From an uncultured Nitrospiraceae bacterium (lineage in GTDB: Bacteria; Nitrospirota; Nitrospiria; Nitrospirales; Nitrospiraceae), in assembly GCA_963846575.1 (NCBI GenBank), contig CAWJWJ010000002.1, positions 1,408,001 through 1,472,000 of the forward strand: a DNA stretch of 64,000 nt, read 5' to 3'. The notes beneath the pieces are model-generated. The model was not told the DNA's origin, ran no database searches, and saw only the letters and a program-made list of their open reading frames with translations. Position numbers and translations under genes: made by a program. This document shows, one piece after another, positions 21,586 through 32,010 of this stretch (positions within the stretch are counted from its first letter, which is position 1; each line of letters begins with the position of its first letter).

Positions 21586-21642
21586 ATTGGATCTTTCCTA
21601 GGGATTTTGCCAGTAGTGCCTCTCTGCCGATTTTTGTAAGTT
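21586..21642 (+). promoter_or_regulatory. overlapping CTAG boxes plus -10 for the CBM48-glgC-treY operon
   Basis: CTAGGGATTTTGCCAG 21598-21613 (preceded by ATTGGATCTTTCCTAG), gap 23, TAAGTT 21637-21642. Confidence 0.65.
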
Positions 21643-21878
21643 CCTACATACTTGAACCAGCGAATCTACGCAGTGCGGGGTGGGAGTTCTTATGGCATTG
21701 CAGACGGTTAGGCCGCAAAGACGATCCGAGACTTCAGGCGAAGAATATGTCAGGATGCACCGGGGCCGTCGCCGCCGGACCATCCCGGAACAGCGGCCAT
21801 CAGTTCAAGGCCCTGGCCGGTGCATCGGTCCCAACAGATCACCGGTCCCACTCATAGCATTTCAAGGGAGAGTCCAGG

Positions 21879-22232
21879 ATGCCGAAGCGAAAAGCGAAGG
21901 AAGATGTGCCATCGACAGCCGCAGCCAGCGCCAAGCCGACGAAACCTAAGACCGCCCCGAAGCAGGCGGCTACTCATCCCATCGATCTCGTTGTCGTGGC
22001 AGCCGATGCCACAGCCGTGGCGGTCGTCGGAGAATTCAACGACTGGAATGTGGAGAAGCATCCGCTGCGCCAGCGCGAAGACGGCAGTTGGCACATCACG
22101 TTGAACCTGGCGCCCGGAAAGTATCAATACAAATTCGTGATCGATGGCACCCGGTGGGAAGACGATGCGGACAATCCCAATCGGATGCTCAACGAGTTCG
22201 GTACGTCCAACTCGGTCATGGAGGTCGTCTGA
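21879..22232 (+). CDS. glycogen-binding CBM48/AMPK-beta-like protein with Lys-rich N-tail
   Basis: VVGEFNDW..LAPGKYQYKFVIDG.W..D..N. Confidence 0.9.
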   Translation: MPKRKAKEDVPSTAAASAKPTKPKTAPKQAATHPIDLVVVAADATAVAVVGEFNDWNVEKHPLRQREDGSWHITLNLAPGKYQYKFVIDGTRWEDDADNPNRMLNEFGTSNSVMEVV

Positions 22233-22304
22233 GCCGCGCGACGAAAAGTCCTGCCGGTCATGGCAAGGCGGCCGGTAGATGGTTCACGTGCAATGAGGAT
22301 GCAC

Positions 22305-23564
22305 ATGGAACGAGATGAGCGCCTGACACAGCCCCGGGTCCTGGCTCTGATTCTGGCCGGAGGAAAAGGGGAGCGCCTCATGCCGTTGACGCGTTCCCGC
22401 AGTAAGCCGGCCGTCCCGTTCGGCGGCTCGTACCGCATCGTCGATTTCGTGCTCAGCAATTTTTACAACTCCGGCATCATGGCCATGCATGTCATGGTGC
22501 AGTACCGTTCACAGTCCTTGATCGAGCATCTCCGCAAAGCCTGGCGAATCGGCGATGGAGACCGGCAGTTTGTGACGGTCGTCCCTCCCCAGATGAATTC
22601 GGGAGCCGGTTGGTACGAAGGGACGGCAGATGCCGTGTACCAGAACATGAACCTGATCCGCGATTTTTCTCCCGATATCGTGGCCATTTTCGGGGCCGAC
22701 CACATCTATCGGATGGACATCCGGCAGATGCTGCAGTTTCACCTGGCCCGGGAGGCGGACGTGTCGGTGGCGACGCTCCCGGTGCCGGTGGCTTCCGCGC
22801 AGGGATTCGGCATTGTCGAAACCGATCGAACCAACCGGATCGTCGGGTTCGCGGAAAAGCCCGCGGTTCCGAAACCGATGCCGGGCGACCCGACCCGTGC
22901 GCTGTCGTCGATGGGGAACTACCTGTTCAACACGGATGTGCTGATCCAGGCTCTGGACGACGACGCGAAGAACGGGGGATCGCACGATTTCGGGCGGGAT
23001 ATTCTCCCGCGTCTGCTGCAGACGGATCGTGTCATGTCCTATAACTTTCAGGACAATGAGGTTCCGGGGATCGCCTACTACGAAGAACCGGGCTACTGGC
23101 GCGATGTGGGCACCATTCAGGCCTATTGGCAGGCGAATATGGACCTGCTCGGGGATACTCCTCCCTGCGATTTACGCAACCGCGAGTGGCCCATCCGGAC
23201 AGAACCGCCGGTCGGTCCTCCGGCCAGCCTGGTGAATTGTTACGTGGATCACTCGCTGATCGGTGAGGGCAGCCAGGTGATAGAGGCGGACATCCGGCGA
23301 TCCATCATCGGCCGCAACGTCCGTATCGAATCCGGAGCTCAGATCGAGGATTCCGTCATCTTCGACCATACCCATATCGGATCCGGGGCGAGATTGCAGC
23401 GGGTGATCGTCGATCGTCATAATGAAGTTCAAGCCGGCATCGAACTCGGCAGTTCGGAGGAGGTCTCGAACTCTCCGACAGATTGGGTGGATTCCGGAGT
23501 CCTGGTCATCCCGAAGCCCATCGTGCCAATCGAAGAGCGTAAACGGCGACTCTCTTCCTACTGA
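22305..23564 (+). CDS. glgC: glucose-1-phosphate adenylyltransferase
   Basis: LAGGKGERL, KPAVPFGG, WYEGTADAV, GADHIY, SMGNY, DFG, YWRDVG. Confidence 0.96.
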   Translation: MERDERLTQPRVLALILAGGKGERLMPLTRSRSKPAVPFGGSYRIVDFVLSNFYNSGIMAMHVMVQYRSQSLIEHLRKAWRIGDGDRQFVTVVPPQMNSGAGWYEGTADAVYQNMNLIRDFSPDIVAIFGADHIYRMDIRQMLQFHLAREADVSVATLPVPVASAQGFGIVETDRTNRIVGFAEKPAVPKPMPGDPTRALSSMGNYLFNTDVLIQALDDDAKNGGSHDFGRDILPRLLQTDRVMSYNFQDNEVPGIAYYEEPGYWRDVGTIQAYWQANMDLLGDTPPCDLRNREWPIRTEPPVGPPASLVNCYVDHSLIGEGSQVIEADIRRSIIGRNVRIESGAQIEDSVIFDHTHIGSGARLQRVIVDRHNEVQAGIELGSSEEVSNSPTDWVDSGVLVIPKPIVPIEERKRRLSSY

Positions 23565-23595
23565 CTGACACAGCCGATCCAACTTGTGAGACTGC

Positions 23596-26493
23596 ATGCC
23601 TCGAATTCCTAGTGCTACCTATCGACTCCAGCTCAATCATACGTTCACGTTTCGTGATGCGACCCGGATCATTCCATACCTCCACGCCCTCGGCATCACC
23701 GACTGTTATACGTCGTCTCTGTTAAAGGCCGTGCCGGGCAGTATGCACGGCTACGATCTGGTCGACCCGAAGGTCCTCAATCCCGAGCTGGGAACGGAAC
23801 GGGATTTCGAGGAGTTTACGGCAGCCCTTCGCCGGCATGACATGGGTTTGTTGCTGGACGTCGTGCCGAACCACATGGGGATCAGCACGACGGAAAACCG
23901 CTGGTGGTGGGACGTGCTGGAGCACGGACCAAGCTCGCGGTATGCGACGGCGTTCGACATCGATTGGTCGCCGTTGAAACGCGAACTCGAGGACAAAGTG
24001 TTGCTGCCCATTCTGGGTGAGCAGTATGGCACGGTGTTGGAGAACCAGGATATTTGCCTCGCCTATGAGGGCGGCGGCTTCGTCATTACCTATTTCGAGC
24101 ACAAATTTCCGATTGCCCCGAAGTCCTGGAACAATATTCTCTCCTTCCGCCTTGGTGATTTGATCGGAGCGCTGGGGCAGGAGGATGTACACCTTCAAGA
24201 GCTGCAGAGCATTCTGACCGCCTTGCGCAACCTGCCCTCTCGCAACGACCGTGATCCGGAGCGGGTGTCGGAGCGCTATCGGGAAGAAAATATCATCAGG
24301 CGCCGGCTGTCGGCGCTCATCACGGAGAGCGAACGGATCCGGGAGCATATGCTGGCCAACGTCTCCACGTTTAATGGCACCAAAGGGGATTCGGCCAGTT
24401 TCGATCGGTTGGATGCCCTGCTCAACGAGCAGAGTTACCGCCTCGCATCCTGGCGCGTGGCATCGGAGGAGATTAATTACCGGCGCTTCTTCGATATCAA
24501 TGAACTGGCTGCCATACGGACGGAAGAAACCAGCGTGTTTCGGGAATCTCATGAGCTGATCTTCCGTCTGCTGAAGGCCGGCGTGGCGACCGGCTTGCGC
24601 ATCGATCACGTGGACGGATTGTACGATCCGGAGCATTACCTGATCCAACTGCAGGCGTGGGCGGCTCGCGAACTTCCGCCGGCTGCGCCGGGAGAACCGG
24701 CATCGCTTTACGTCGTCGTGGAAAAGATCCTCGGGAAGGGCGAGCCGCTCCCGCATACCTGGCCGGTCGCGGGGACCACGGGGTATGACTTTTTGAATCT
24801 GGTCAACGGGCTGTTTGTCCATGCGGGGCAGGAGCGGGCCATGGATTCCCTGTATGCGCGGTTCGTGGGCCCGCGTCTGAGCTTCGAGGATCTGGTCTAT
24901 CAGACGAAGAAGCTGATCATGCGCGCGTCCATGTCCAGTGAGATCAATGTGCTCGGGCACCAGTTGAATTTGCTCTCGGAACGGGACAGGCAGTATCGGG
25001 ATTTCACACTGAATAGTTTGACTCAGGCCATCAGCGAGATCATCGCCTGCTTCCCGGTATACCGCTCCTACGTCACGCCGGACCAGAAAGAGGTGTTGGA
25101 CCGGGACCAAACCTACATCAACATGGCGGTGGCCAGGGCAAAACGGCGGAACCCGACGCTGAGCAGCCTGGTGTTCGACTTTGTCCGGGATCTGCTGCTG
25201 CGAAAGCTTGACGAGCGCACCAATATGACCAAGGAAAAACAATTGCGCTTCGTGACCAAATTTCAGCAGACCACCAGTCCGGTGACGGCCAAAGGCATCG
25301 AGGACACCGCCTTTTATATCTACAACCGGTTGGTATCACTGAACGAGGTCGGCGGAGAACCAGCGCAGTATGGGCTGTCGCTGGAGGCCTTTCACAAACA
25401 GATTCGTGAACGCCGCGCGAACTGGCCCCATTGTCTGCTCGCGACATCCACCCATGACACCAAACGCGGGGAGGACGTGCGCGCCAGGATCAATGTGTTG
25501 TCGGAAATTCCTGATCGGTGGAGAACCGCCATCAACCGGTGGGCCAAATTCAATAAACGATTCCGCACTCAAATTCACGATGCCCAGGCACCGGACCGGA
25601 ACGAAGAATATCTCATTTACCAAACGCTCGTCGGTGCTTGGCCCCTCTCCCCGATGGACGATGCTGCATACGAAGGCTTCCGCGACCGGATTCAGAACTA
25701 TATGGTCAAAGCGATCCGTGAGGCGAAGGTGCATACCAGTTGGGTGAATCCCCAAGAAGCTTACGAAGAGGCGGTGCGGGAATTCATTCGCGGGATCCTC
25801 GATCGCACGACGCGCAATCCCTTCCTGGAAGATTTGCTGCCGTTTCAGGAACTGGTGGCGGGGTACGGCATGAGGAACGGGTTAGCCCAGCTCCTGGTGA
25901 AGCTCACGGCGCCCGGCATTCCGGATTGTTACCAGGGGACCGAATTGTGGGAGCTCAATCTCGTCGATCCCGACAACCGCCGGCCCGTGGATTTCGATCT
26001 CCGGGCGCGCATGCTCGAGCAGTTCGACCATCTCAGTGAGGAGGAAGCGAAGAACCGCGTCGACCTTATGCGGACGCTGATGGAATCATGGAAAGATAGC
26101 CGCATCAAGCTCTATGTGCTGCAGGCAGGTCTGCGCCACCGACGTGAACATCCGGAGCTGTATCTGGAAGGAGACTACGTGCCGCTGGACTGCGACGGGC
26201 CCTCCCGCGCGCATGTCTGCGCGTTCGCACGGCTGCACCAGGATCATGCCATCGTGACGGTGGTCTCGCGCCTCACCGCGAATCTGAACGGCGTCGCAGG
26301 CCAGGACGTGCAGGCGGAAGATGCCTGGAAGGAGACGTGGATCACGGTGCCCTCCTGGAAATCCGGATCGGTATATCTGAACCTTCTGACCGGAGAACGC
26401 CTCGAAACGGTGGCTCAGGGAGATCGCCAGATGCTGCCTGTCGCACAGGTGCTGCTGCATTGTCCTGTCGCCTTACTTGAACGCTGCTCCTAA
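23596..26493 (+). CDS. treY: malto-oligosyltrehalose synthase
   Basis: ATYRLQ, HGYD, DVVPNHM, INYRRFFD, LRIDHVDGL, VEKIL, STHDTKRGED. Confidence 0.96.
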   Translation: MPRIPSATYRLQLNHTFTFRDATRIIPYLHALGITDCYTSSLLKAVPGSMHGYDLVDPKVLNPELGTERDFEEFTAALRRHDMGLLLDVVPNHMGISTTENRWWWDVLEHGPSSRYATAFDIDWSPLKRELEDKVLLPILGEQYGTVLENQDICLAYEGGGFVITYFEHKFPIAPKSWNNILSFRLGDLIGALGQEDVHLQELQSILTALRNLPSRNDRDPERVSERYREENIIRRRLSALITESERIREHMLANVSTFNGTKGDSASFDRLDALLNEQSYRLASWRVASEEINYRRFFDINELAAIRTEETSVFRESHELIFRLLKAGVATGLRIDHVDGLYDPEHYLIQLQAWAARELPPAAPGEPASLYVVVEKILGKGEPLPHTWPVAGTTGYDFLNLVNGLFVHAGQERAMDSLYARFVGPRLSFEDLVYQTKKLIMRASMSSEINVLGHQLNLLSERDRQYRDFTLNSLTQAISEIIACFPVYRSYVTPDQKEVLDRDQTYINMAVARAKRRNPTLSSLVFDFVRDLLLRKLDERTNMTKEKQLRFVTKFQQTTSPVTAKGIEDTAFYIYNRLVSLNEVGGEPAQYGLSLEAFHKQIRERRANWPHCLLATSTHDTKRGEDVRARINVLSEIPDRWRTAINRWAKFNKRFRTQIHDAQAPDRNEEYLIYQTLVGAWPLSPMDDAAYEGFRDRIQNYMVKAIREAKVHTSWVNPQEAYEEAVREFIRGILDRTTRNPFLEDLLPFQELVAGYGMRNGLAQLLVKLTAPGIPDCYQGTELWELNLVDPDNRRPVDFDLRARMLEQFDHLSEEEAKNRVDLMRTLMESWKDSRIKLYVLQAGLRHRREHPELYLEGDYVPLDCDGPSRAHVCAFARLHQDHAIVTVVSRLTANLNGVAGQDVQAEDAWKETWITVPSWKSGSVYLNLLTGERLETVAQGDRQMLPVAQVLLHCPVALLERCS

Positions 26494-26719
26494 GCGATCG
26501 GGCTCTCCCTATATCTCAGGCTAAGCGCCTCGAACCCACGATCACTCCCTTGTAATCCTGTCACTCGTTTGACAGTGTCCGGATCGGACACAGCACGTTC
26601 TCGCTCGTGCCCCTCGCGTATGATACCGCCGCCGTACTGTGTATACCTTCCGTTGCGGTGCCTTCTTGATCTCCCGTCCTGATTAGCCCTTGCTGAACTA
26701 ACCGGGATTCACCGTAGTT

Positions 26720-26735
26720 CTAGGGTACTTCCTAG
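26720..26735. promoter_or_regulatory. perfect CTAG-N8-CTAG box
   Basis: CTAGGGTACTTCCTAG; TATCAC after a 23-nt gap, upstream of the hemerythrin/PRC genes. Confidence 0.75.
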
Positions 26736-26842
26736 CTGTCCGGAGACACCCCGGGCGTTATCACTAAGTATGTAAGCTTGAACTTGCCGCGATGGCACAG
26801 TGAGTGTGTGATCAATGTGTGATCAGTGATCAAGGAGGATTC

Positions 26843-27361
26843 ATGAACGAAACGGGAACGATGGAGGGGCAGGCAGCCCAAGTGTTGGATCCTCTCCGCA
26901 AGGACCATCAAAAAGTGAAGGAACTTTTTGAGCAGTTTGAATCAGCGACAAGCAGGGAAGACAAACAGCGCATCGTCGAGACAGCGCTCAAGGCTTTGCA
27001 GGAACATTCCTATGTGGAAGAGAAGGTCTTATATCCCGCGTTCGAACCGGCGCTGGATGAAGAAGAACTGATGAATGAAGCGCTCGAAGAGCACCACGTC
27101 GTGCATTTGCTGATCGCGGAGCTCAAGAAAATGGCGCCCGGTGATGAACGGTTCGAGGCCAAATTTACCGTCCTGGCCGAGAATGTCAAACATCACATCA
27201 CGGAAGAAGAAGGCGAGATGTTCCAGCAGGTGGGAGAATCGGATCTGGATTGGGCCTTCTTAGCGGAGAAGGCCTCTCAGGCGAGGGAGCACTTCGCCAC
27301 AAATTTCGCGCGGTCAGGCAAGCAGAGCGGGAAGGCCAGGAAATCGAAAACGGCCTCCTGA
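26843..27361 (+). CDS. hemerythrin-like HHE cation-binding protein
   Basis: DH, HSYVEEKVLYP, EEH, HHITEEE. Confidence 0.9.
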   Translation: MNETGTMEGQAAQVLDPLRKDHQKVKELFEQFESATSREDKQRIVETALKALQEHSYVEEKVLYPAFEPALDEEELMNEALEEHHVVHLLIAELKKMAPGDERFEAKFTVLAENVKHHITEEEGEMFQQVGESDLDWAFLAEKASQAREHFATNFARSGKQSGKARKSKTAS

Positions 27362-27402
27362 GGCGGTTCACGAGTCAACCCTTTCTCAAAAAGGAGGCGA
27401 GG

Positions 27403-27762
27403 ATGGCGACACATACCGGACGGCAGCTGCTGCCGGCATCCACCATTGAGGGGACTGCGGTCCAGAACGCCGCAGGCGAGGACCTGGGAGAAATCCACGA
27501 GCTCATGATCGATCTCGACCAGGGACGTATTGCCTACGCAGTACTATCCTTCGGCGGATTTCTAGGCTTGGGAGACAAGCTCTTCGCGATTCCCTGGCAG
27601 GCCATGAAGATCGGACCCGAGGGTGACGTCTTCATTCTCAATGTCCCCCGGGAGAAACTGGATAATGCCCCGGGTTTCGATAAGGACAATTGGCCGGATT
27701 GGGCGGACCCCACGTGGGGTGAAACGGTGCATACCTATTACGGGTATAAGCCATACTGGTGA
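27403..27762 (+). CDS. PRC-barrel protein
   Basis: GEDLGEI.ELMID..GRIAYAVLSFGGFLGLGDKLFAIPW..APGFDKDNWP. Confidence 0.92.
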   Translation: MATHTGRQLLPASTIEGTAVQNAAGEDLGEIHELMIDLDQGRIAYAVLSFGGFLGLGDKLFAIPWQAMKIGPEGDVFILNVPREKLDNAPGFDKDNWPDWADPTWGETVHTYYGYKPYW

Positions 27763-27833
27763 CAGGATGCAGTGGAATGGAAGCAGGAAGCGTTGAGATG
27801 ACTACAATCACGTTTAATGAAGGAGAGACGACT

Positions 27834-28520
27834 ATGACACGAAAGATGGCGATTTATGCCGGAACCATTGCGTTGGCGCTCACGACAGCGGTCCCGGCCT
27901 TCAGCGAACCCACGGGATCCAGCACCATGGGAGGAGGCGGGAGCAATCCGACGCAGCCGGTGAATCCGGACAAGAAGACCGATTTGACCGGCGGACAGCA
28001 GGGTGTGCCGGATGAATATGCGGATACGCCGGTTCGTCAGGGCAAGCTGATCGAGGCGAATGACAGCGAGTTCAAGAATGCCACGGTCTACAATACCCAG
28101 GGTGAGTCGATTGGGAAGATCAAAGAGGTCTTGAAAGACAAGGAAACGAATGAAATCGAGTACGCGGTCTTTACCTCGAAAGATTCCAATCGCGATATGC
28201 CGCTGCGCTGGAGCTTGTTTCAGAATAAGAACGACAAACTTCAGTTAAAGCTGAAGAAGGATGAGCTGCAGAATGCCGTCAGCATGAACGCCAGCAAGGA
28301 TCAGTCTCCGGACCTGAAGGAGTATATGGACCGTATCAATCAGGTTCGATCACAGTCTACGGTATCCGGCAACCCCGGCATTCCAGGCCAGAAAGGTCCT
28401 GCCGCTACCGGATCAATGGGTGAAGAGACTGTTGGAGGGGGCGGACCCGCCGGCACCAGCGGATTGCCTCCGGGAAAGGCTCCCGGTTTTGAGGGTGGGA
28501 ATCCCAGCAGCAAGCATTAA
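27834..28520 (+). CDS. exported PRC-barrel protein with Gly/Pro-rich disordered ends
   Basis: Signal peptide; VYNTQGESIGKIKEVL..IEYAV. Confidence 0.8.
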   Translation: MTRKMAIYAGTIALALTTAVPAFSEPTGSSTMGGGGSNPTQPVNPDKKTDLTGGQQGVPDEYADTPVRQGKLIEANDSEFKNATVYNTQGESIGKIKEVLKDKETNEIEYAVFTSKDSNRDMPLRWSLFQNKNDKLQLKLKKDELQNAVSMNASKDQSPDLKEYMDRINQVRSQSTVSGNPGIPGQKGPAATGSMGEETVGGGGPAGTSGLPPGKAPGFEGGNPSSKH

Positions 28521-28549
28521 TCCAAGGCTTGGTTGCTGAAGGTGAACGG

Positions 28550-28822
28550 AGGGCAGGCGTTCGAGGGAGCGCCTGCCCTTTGTGTTGTCCGGCGGCAGAC
28601 ACGGATGAGTCCTTGTTCCCGCTGCCGGTTGGTTCACTCGCCGTTACTGTACAAGAGCGCGCCGGTATTACTGCCGGGTGGAGAGGCGGGTTGTTGCGGA
28701 TCAATTGACACAGACCGATTTGCGGGCTTGAGGGATAGTTTCGGGGAAGTCGGGAGATGTCAGGCGCCGGGCTGTGGGCGTTGACTCAGGAGGGGCAGAC
28801 GTTCGAAGGAGCGCCTGCCCCT
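28550..28822. repeat. two near-identical GC hairpins (terminator/REP-like) between convergent genes
   Basis: AGGGCAGGCGTTCGAGGGAGCGCCTGCCCT 28550-28579; AGGGGCAGACGTTCGAAGGAGCGCCTGCCCCT 28791-28822. Confidence 0.75.
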
Positions 28823-28843
28823 GATCTTATGAAATGGCACTGC

Positions 28844-29932
28844 TCAGAGCTGACCTGACGCCGCCAGGCCGGATGTTTCCTTCTCCTGGACGCGCTGCTC
28901 CTTGGCTGAAATCCCCAGCATGCGTTCGTACACCCGCACATAGTCCTGCACCATCCGCTCGGTCGTGAAACGCAGGTCGAATGCCTGTCGGCAGCGGGCC
29001 CGCTCCAGAAGCGAGACGTGCCGGACAGACTGCACCATTTCTTCCAGCGTTTCGCAGACGAACCCCGTCACCCCATGCTCGATGATTTCGGGGACGGAGC
29101 CGCGCCGGTAGGCAATGACCGGGGTGCTGCAGGCCAGCGATTCGATGAAGACCAGGCCGAAGGGTTCCGGCCAGTCGTAGGGGCAGATCATGGCATAGGC
29201 ATCACCGATAAAATCGTCTTTTTCGAGGTCCGTGACTTCGCCTACGAATTCTATCAAGGGGTGGTCCAGCAGGGGTTCGATCACCGCCCGGTAATACTCG
29301 ACGTTGGTCGGATCGATTTTGGCGCCGATGCGGAGCGGCATGTCGACCCGCTTGGCGATTTCTATCGCTTGGTCCAGCCCTTTTTCCGGGGCTACTCGCC
29401 CGAGGAATACTAAGTATTTCCCTTGGTTGGCGTGTGGTGTGTAGAGATCTTTCGGCAGGCCGTGATGGACCGTCGCGACCCAATTGGCCCAGGGCAGGGG
29501 TTCGCGTTGCGCATCGGAAATCGAGACGAGAGGAAGCTCCGCAAACGTTCTGAAGACGGGGAGGAGTTCCGGCAGATCCAGGCGCGCATGCAGGGTGGTC
29601 AGTACGGGAGTGTGACTGCGTTTGGCCAACGGGAAGGGGAGAAACTCGAGATGCGAATGAATGATGTCGAATTCGCCCGATGGACTGAAGGCCTTCTCAA
29701 GCATGGCAGTCAATGGGGCATCATAATTTTTGATGACTTTCGACAGGCGTAGCGCTTCCGGGCACATCGGCACCAGGCGTGCCTTGGTCGTCGAATCACC
29801 GCTCGCGAACAGCGTGACATCGTGGCCCTGGCGAACCAACTCCTCGGTGATGAATGACACCACACGTTCCGTTCCGCCGTAGAGGACCGGTGGAACACTT
29901 TCCCACAACGGTGCGACCTGAGCGATCTTCAT
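28844..29932 (-). CDS. GT4 glycosyltransferase
   Basis: MKIAQVAPLWESVPP.YGGTER, EKG, EPFGLVFIE. Confidence 0.93.
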   Translation of the reverse strand: MKIAQVAPLWESVPPVLYGGTERVVSFITEELVRQGHDVTLFASGDSTTKARLVPMCPEALRLSKVIKNYDAPLTAMLEKAFSPSGEFDIIHSHLEFLPFPLAKRSHTPVLTTLHARLDLPELLPVFRTFAELPLVSISDAQREPLPWANWVATVHHGLPKDLYTPHANQGKYLVFLGRVAPEKGLDQAIEIAKRVDMPLRIGAKIDPTNVEYYRAVIEPLLDHPLIEFVGEVTDLEKDDFIGDAYAMICPYDWPEPFGLVFIESLACSTPVIAYRRGSVPEIIEHGVTGFVCETLEEMVQSVRHVSLLERARCRQAFDLRFTTERMVQDYVRVYERMLGISAKEQRVQEKETSGLAASGQL

Positions 29933-30036
29933 GCCTGGCACTCCTTTTTTTGAAATGGTGGATAGCGCATAGTGAGCGGGGTCGGGATGATTTCCACTGC
30001 CGGATGCATATCGGTTCGACAGTCCTCGCGAAAGAA

Positions 30037-30081
30037 ATCATAGCCGCGCGCATTGAGATCCCGAACTAGGCGGCTCCCTAG
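30037..30081. promoter_or_regulatory. perfect CTAG box between divergent GT4 and ndh
   Basis: CTAGGCGGCTCCCTAG 30066-30081; minus TATGAT 30037-30042, gap 23. Confidence 0.8.
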
Positions 30082-30163
30082 TAGTGATGTCAGGTTAACG
30101 GCGGGGATGATACGGCAGAGGGGGCCGTCAGAGGTCCGTGGTCAAGTCGACAGAAAGGACGGT

Positions 30164-31441
30164 ATGCCAAGGAGCATGAAAGGACCGGTGGTCATCGTGG
30201 GGGGAGGGTTTGGCGGGCTGGCAGCCGCCCGTGCTCTTCACAACGTGCCGGTGGATATCGTGCTGATCGATCGGGTGAATCACCACCTGTTTCAGCCCTT
30301 GCTGTATCAGGTCGCCACCGCGGCACTATCCCCGGCTGATATCGCCTGGCCGCTCAGAACGTTGTTCCGCTCACAGGCAAACGTGCGGGTGATCCTGGAC
30401 GATGTGGTGCAGGTGGATCGACCCGCGCGTTGCGTGCACCTGCTGCACGGCGAGGCCATCTCCTACGGGGCCTTGATCCTGGCGCCTGGCTCCCGCCATT
30501 CCTACTTCGGGCATCCGGAATGGGAAGCCGATGCACCGGGTTTGAAGACGCTGCCGGATGCTTTGGAACTTCGCGAGCGTATGCTGATGGCGTTTGAGAA
30601 GGCGGAACGGGCGACGGATCCCTCGGAAGTCCGTAAACAACTGACCTTTGTCATCGTCGGTGGGGGGCCCACGGGAGTGGAACTGGCGGGTGCGCTCGCG
30701 GAAATCGGACGGAGGGCCATGGCGCCTGATTTTCGAATCTTACACGAGGCGGAGTTCCGGATCATCCTGGTCGAAGGGGCAGGACGTATTCTCGAGCCGT
30801 TTTCGCCTGACCTGTCACACAAAGCACAAACGTCACTCGAAAGTCTCGGTGTGACCCTGCTGCTGAACAGGCGGGTCGAGGAAATCTCGTCGAAGGGCGT
30901 CAGGGCCGGCACGGAATTCATTGCCAGCGCACATGTCATCTGGGCGGCGGGCAATGTGGCCTCGCCCCTCGTGAAGTCCTTGGATGTGCCGCTCGATTCA
31001 TCGGGGCGGGCGCACGTACGCCCGGACCTGAGTCTGGAGGGGGACCCCTGGGTATTTGTCATCGGGGATGCAGCCCATTATCCCGCGCCGGCAGGGCGGG
31101 CCTTACCGGGCCTGGCGGCGGTTGCGATGCAGGAAGGTCGGTACGTGGCGGGGCTCATCCGAGGCGAGGTCCCGGACGGGAGTCGGTCGCCCTTTGTCTA
31201 TAACGACCGGGGGACACTCGCGACCATCGGGCGCGCCAAAGCCGTGGCTCAACTTGGCCCGCTGTCCATTTCGGGCCTCCCGGCCTGGTTGGCCTGGTGT
31301 TTCGTGCATATCTTTTTTCTGATCGGGTTTCGCCACCGCATGAGAGTGATGTTCGAGTGGATCTGGTACTACATCACATTCAAACCCGGTGCGAGACTCA
31401 TATACTGGAAGGACCGTCAGAAGACGGAGCAATTGCGCTAG
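30164..31441 (+). CDS. ndh: type II NADH dehydrogenase-like flavoprotein
   Basis: GGGFGG, FQPLLYQVAT, GGGPTGVELAG, WAAG, GD. Confidence 0.9.
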   Translation: MPRSMKGPVVIVGGGFGGLAAARALHNVPVDIVLIDRVNHHLFQPLLYQVATAALSPADIAWPLRTLFRSQANVRVILDDVVQVDRPARCVHLLHGEAISYGALILAPGSRHSYFGHPEWEADAPGLKTLPDALELRERMLMAFEKAERATDPSEVRKQLTFVIVGGGPTGVELAGALAEIGRRAMAPDFRILHEAEFRIILVEGAGRILEPFSPDLSHKAQTSLESLGVTLLLNRRVEEISSKGVRAGTEFIASAHVIWAAGNVASPLVKSLDVPLDSSGRAHVRPDLSLEGDPWVFVIGDAAHYPAPAGRALPGLAAVAMQEGRYVAGLIRGEVPDGSRSPFVYNDRGTLATIGRAKAVAQLGPLSISGLPAWLAWCFVHIFFLIGFRHRMRVMFEWIWYYITFKPGARLIYWKDRQKTEQLR

Positions 31442-31483
31442 ACGCGCCTCTGCCCGCTCATCCGCTCGAGAGCGGCTCGACGA

Positions 31484-31807
31484 TTATTTTTTGGGAGTCG
31501 GCGTGCCGTCCGGCTTCGCCGGTGGCGTCGCCATGCCGGGACGGGCTTGTTCAGGGTTTACCACCATCTCCGGATCGACCACCGGCGGCGGTACGACGGC
31601 TTCGGGGCTTCCCATTGTGTCCGGCTGCTTATGGATTCCAGGATCGATTTTTGAGGGCGGTGCAGGCGGCGCCAGCTGAGGTGTCTGCTGCGCAGGCGGC
31701 TGAACCGGGTTCGTTCCTTTTCCTTTCGGGGCAGGATCGGCCGCCTGGGAGATGCCTGCGGAAAATAGGAGCGTGACCGTCAGAACAAGAGGGGTCAGTA
31801 GAACCAT
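31484..31807 (-). CDS. exported proline-rich protein
   Basis: GGAGG RBS before ATG 31807; signal peptide SQA-A; Pro-rich mature part. Confidence 0.75.
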   Translation of the reverse strand: MVLLTPLVLTVTLLFSAGISQAADPAPKGKGTNPVQPPAQQTPQLAPPAPPSKIDPGIHKQPDTMGSPEAVVPPPVVDPEMVVNPEQARPGMATPPAKPDGTPTPKK

Positions 31808-31840
31808 TTTCTGCCTCCGCATGATTCGCCTCATGAAGAT

Positions 31841-31897
31841 AGTCTACTGACCCTCCTCTCCATTCTACACTAGGTGTACCCCTAGGGAATCGGACAG
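31841..31897 (-). promoter_or_regulatory. perfect CTAG box plus -10
   Basis: CTAGGTGTACCCCTAG 31870-31885; minus TAGACT 31841-31846, gap 23; overlapping degenerate copy 31882-31897. Confidence 0.8.
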
Positions 31898-32010
31898 CCG
31901 GATCACGCGTATGTCGAACGGCTCGTTTCTGGAAGTCAGGGGAACGTGGTCGACCCGTGCCGTTCACCTCCACAGCCCCCGGATCTCGCGATGTATCGGC
32001 CGCGACGACG

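Noticed and set aside
23722..25242. 506-aa antisense ORF in treY and similar long shadow ORFs
   Set aside because: Expected antisense shadows of GC-rich genes with no protein motifs
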